From Patescibacteria group bacterium (GTDB lineage: Bacteria > Patescibacteriota > Patescibacteriia > UM-FILTER-42-10): a stretch of 64,000 bases of DNA. The DNA lies in NCBI GenBank assembly GCA_041664365.1, contig JBAYKW010000006.1:7286-71285 (forward strand), given 5' to 3'. Under the pieces are notes generated by a model, which saw only the letters and a list, made by a program, of their open reading frames with translations, had not been told where the DNA came from and did no database searches. Made by a program: the position numbers and the translations under genes. Below are positions 62,777 through 64,000 of the stretch, one piece after another (positions within the stretch are counted from its first letter, which is position 1; every line of letters starts with the position of its first letter).

Positions 62777-64000
62777 ATGTCCGATTCAATCGTCGTAAAA
62801 GGCGCGCGCGTTAATAATCTGAAGAATATCGATATTACCATTCCCCGCGATCAGCTGGTCGTAATAACGGGGCTTTCTGGTTCCGGTAAATCTTCTCTGG
62901 CCTTTGATACGATTTATGCTGAAGGACAACGTCGTTATGTCGAAAGTCTGTCCGCCTATGCCAGGCAGTTTTTGGGTTTAATGGATAAGCCTGACGTGGA
63001 TCAGATCACCGGGCTTTCTCCTGCTATTTCCATCGATCAGAAAACAGCATCACACAATCCGAGATCAACGGTCGGAACGGTAACAGAAATTTATGATTAC
63101 CTCCGTTTACTTTACGCTCGTGCCGGCGTTCCCCATTGTCCAAAGTGCGGTAGGCTTGTAGTGAAGCAGAATGTTGATCAGATTGTTGAACATGTCCTGG
63201 ACCTGCCGGCAAACACCAAAATCATGATCATGGCGCCGGTAATCAAAGATAAAAAGGGTGAACATAAGAAAACTCTGGAAGAGATCAGGAAGGTGGGTTA
63301 TGTCCGGGTGCGTTTGGACGGAGAGATTTACAGCATAGAAGAAGCGGAAGATTTGGATATTGATAAACAAAAAAAACATAACCTGGATGTGGTGGTGGAC
63401 CGCCTAGAGATGAACGCTTCCTTAAAAAAAGACCGGGCCCGTATTTCCGAATCGGTGGAAACCGCTTTGGATCTGGGTAACGGTGTCCTTTTGATTTCAT
63501 TTGCTGATGAGAAAAAAGAAGATCTGATTTTCAGCCAGTATTTCGCCTGTGAAAATTGCGGTATTAATCTTTCCGAAATTGAACCGCGCAATTTTTCATT
63601 CAACAGCCCGCATGGCGCGTGTCCGGCCTGTACCGGACTCGGAACCAAACTGGATGTGGACCAAAATCTGATCATCCCCAATAAAAAACTATCAATCGCC
63701 GAGGGTGCTATCCGGCCCTGGAGCAGAACGTCCTCCAGTCAGACCTGGATGCACAGAATTCTGGAAGCCGTTGCCCATGAAAATAATTTTTCCATCAATG
63801 TTCCGGTCAAAGACATGAAAAAAGAGCATATGGATATTGTTTTATACGGTACCGGCAATAAGGGTTATGATGTGAATAATGACTATGGCACCGGTAAGGT
63901 GAAAGAATTTTGGACAACCTATGAAGGTGTGATTCCGAATCTGGAGCGGAGGTACAAAGAAACGGAATCGGATTACATGCGCTCCGAGATAGAAAGATAC
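62777..64000 (+). CDS. uvrA: Excinuclease ABC subunit A (5' partial; continues beyond window)
   Basis: N-terminal ABC ATPase Walker A GLSGSGKSSLAFDTIYAEGQRRYVESLSAYARQFLG and zinc-finger modules (CPKCGG; CENCG..C). No stop within the window. Confidence 0.9.
   Translation, partial: MSDSIVVKGARVNNLKNIDITIPRDQLVVITGLSGSGKSSLAFDTIYAEGQRRYVESLSAYARQFLGLMDKPDVDQITGLSPAISIDQKTASHNPRSTVGTVTEIYDYLRLLYARAGVPHCPKCGRLVVKQNVDQIVEHVLDLPANTKIMIMAPVIKDKKGEHKKTLEEIRKVGYVRVRLDGEIYSIEEAEDLDIDKQKKHNLDVVVDRLEMNASLKKDRARISESVETALDLGNGVLLISFADEKKEDLIFSQYFACENCGINLSEIEPRNFSFNSPHGACPACTGLGTKLDVDQNLIIPNKKLSIAEGAIRPWSRTSSSQTWMHRILEAVAHENNFSINVPVKDMKKEHMDIVLYGTGNKGYDVNNDYGTGKVKEFWTTYEGVIPNLERRYKETESDYMRSEIERY

Overview
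Backbone and likely host. This 64-kb window comes from a low-GC bacterium (roughly 40% GC by eye). The housekeeping backbone is rpoC 3' end, ftsK, rodZ-like, recA, efp, the rpsR-ssb-rpsF operon, uvrC, uvrD/pcrA, secG, a peptide-binding ABC lipoprotein, tRNA-Leu(CAG), rnj, a giant FG-GAP surface protein, trpS, murI, a phosphohexomutase, glyA, folD, ychF, a PEP-utilizing-domain protein and the uvrA 5' end. The gene set is reminiscent of CPR/Patescibacteria, but that cannot be proven from sequence alone.

Accessory material. The backbone is interrupted repeatedly by compositionally foreign segments.
- Between rpsF (6.2 kb) and uvrC (26.9 kb) lies a ~20-kb mosaic array. It contains an AT-rich (~30% GC) island (9.8-13.6 kb) with a Dcm-type m5C methyltransferase operonic with a GHKL-ATPase/HEPN-like fusion protein, plus a zinc-ribbon/membrane protein pair. 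This is the best candidate for an undescribed defence or abortive-infection module.
- The same array holds several GC-rich (about 55-62% GC) mini-cassettes at 6.4-7.9, 17.0-18.9, 19.9-22.3 and 25.2-26.6 kb. Each has its own sigma70-like promoter (often TTGACA-N17-TATACT abutted by a CCCCGTT...AACGGGG palindrome), a strong SD, small membrane or small-soluble paralogous genes, and conserved leader/terminator modules that are reused between cassettes.
- The array also carries a MerR/TipAS regulator with a 19-bp-spacer promoter, a Fic protein, a MazG-like protein and a PadR-DUF1048 pair.
- Further GC-rich mini-islands of tiny basic or Cys-rich genes lie at 40.3-40.9, 50.0-51.2, 55.2-56.5 and 59.3-59.8 kb. 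Several of these genes are below the 60-aa ORF-track cutoff.

Repeats and absences. Segment boundaries are marked by a small set of dispersed repeat families (R1 to R6). No integrase, transposase or other recombinase gene is visible anywhere in the window. The tRNA-Leu locus is surrounded by tRNA-derived fragments, suggesting past site-specific integration or excision. No CRISPR array and no rRNA were found.
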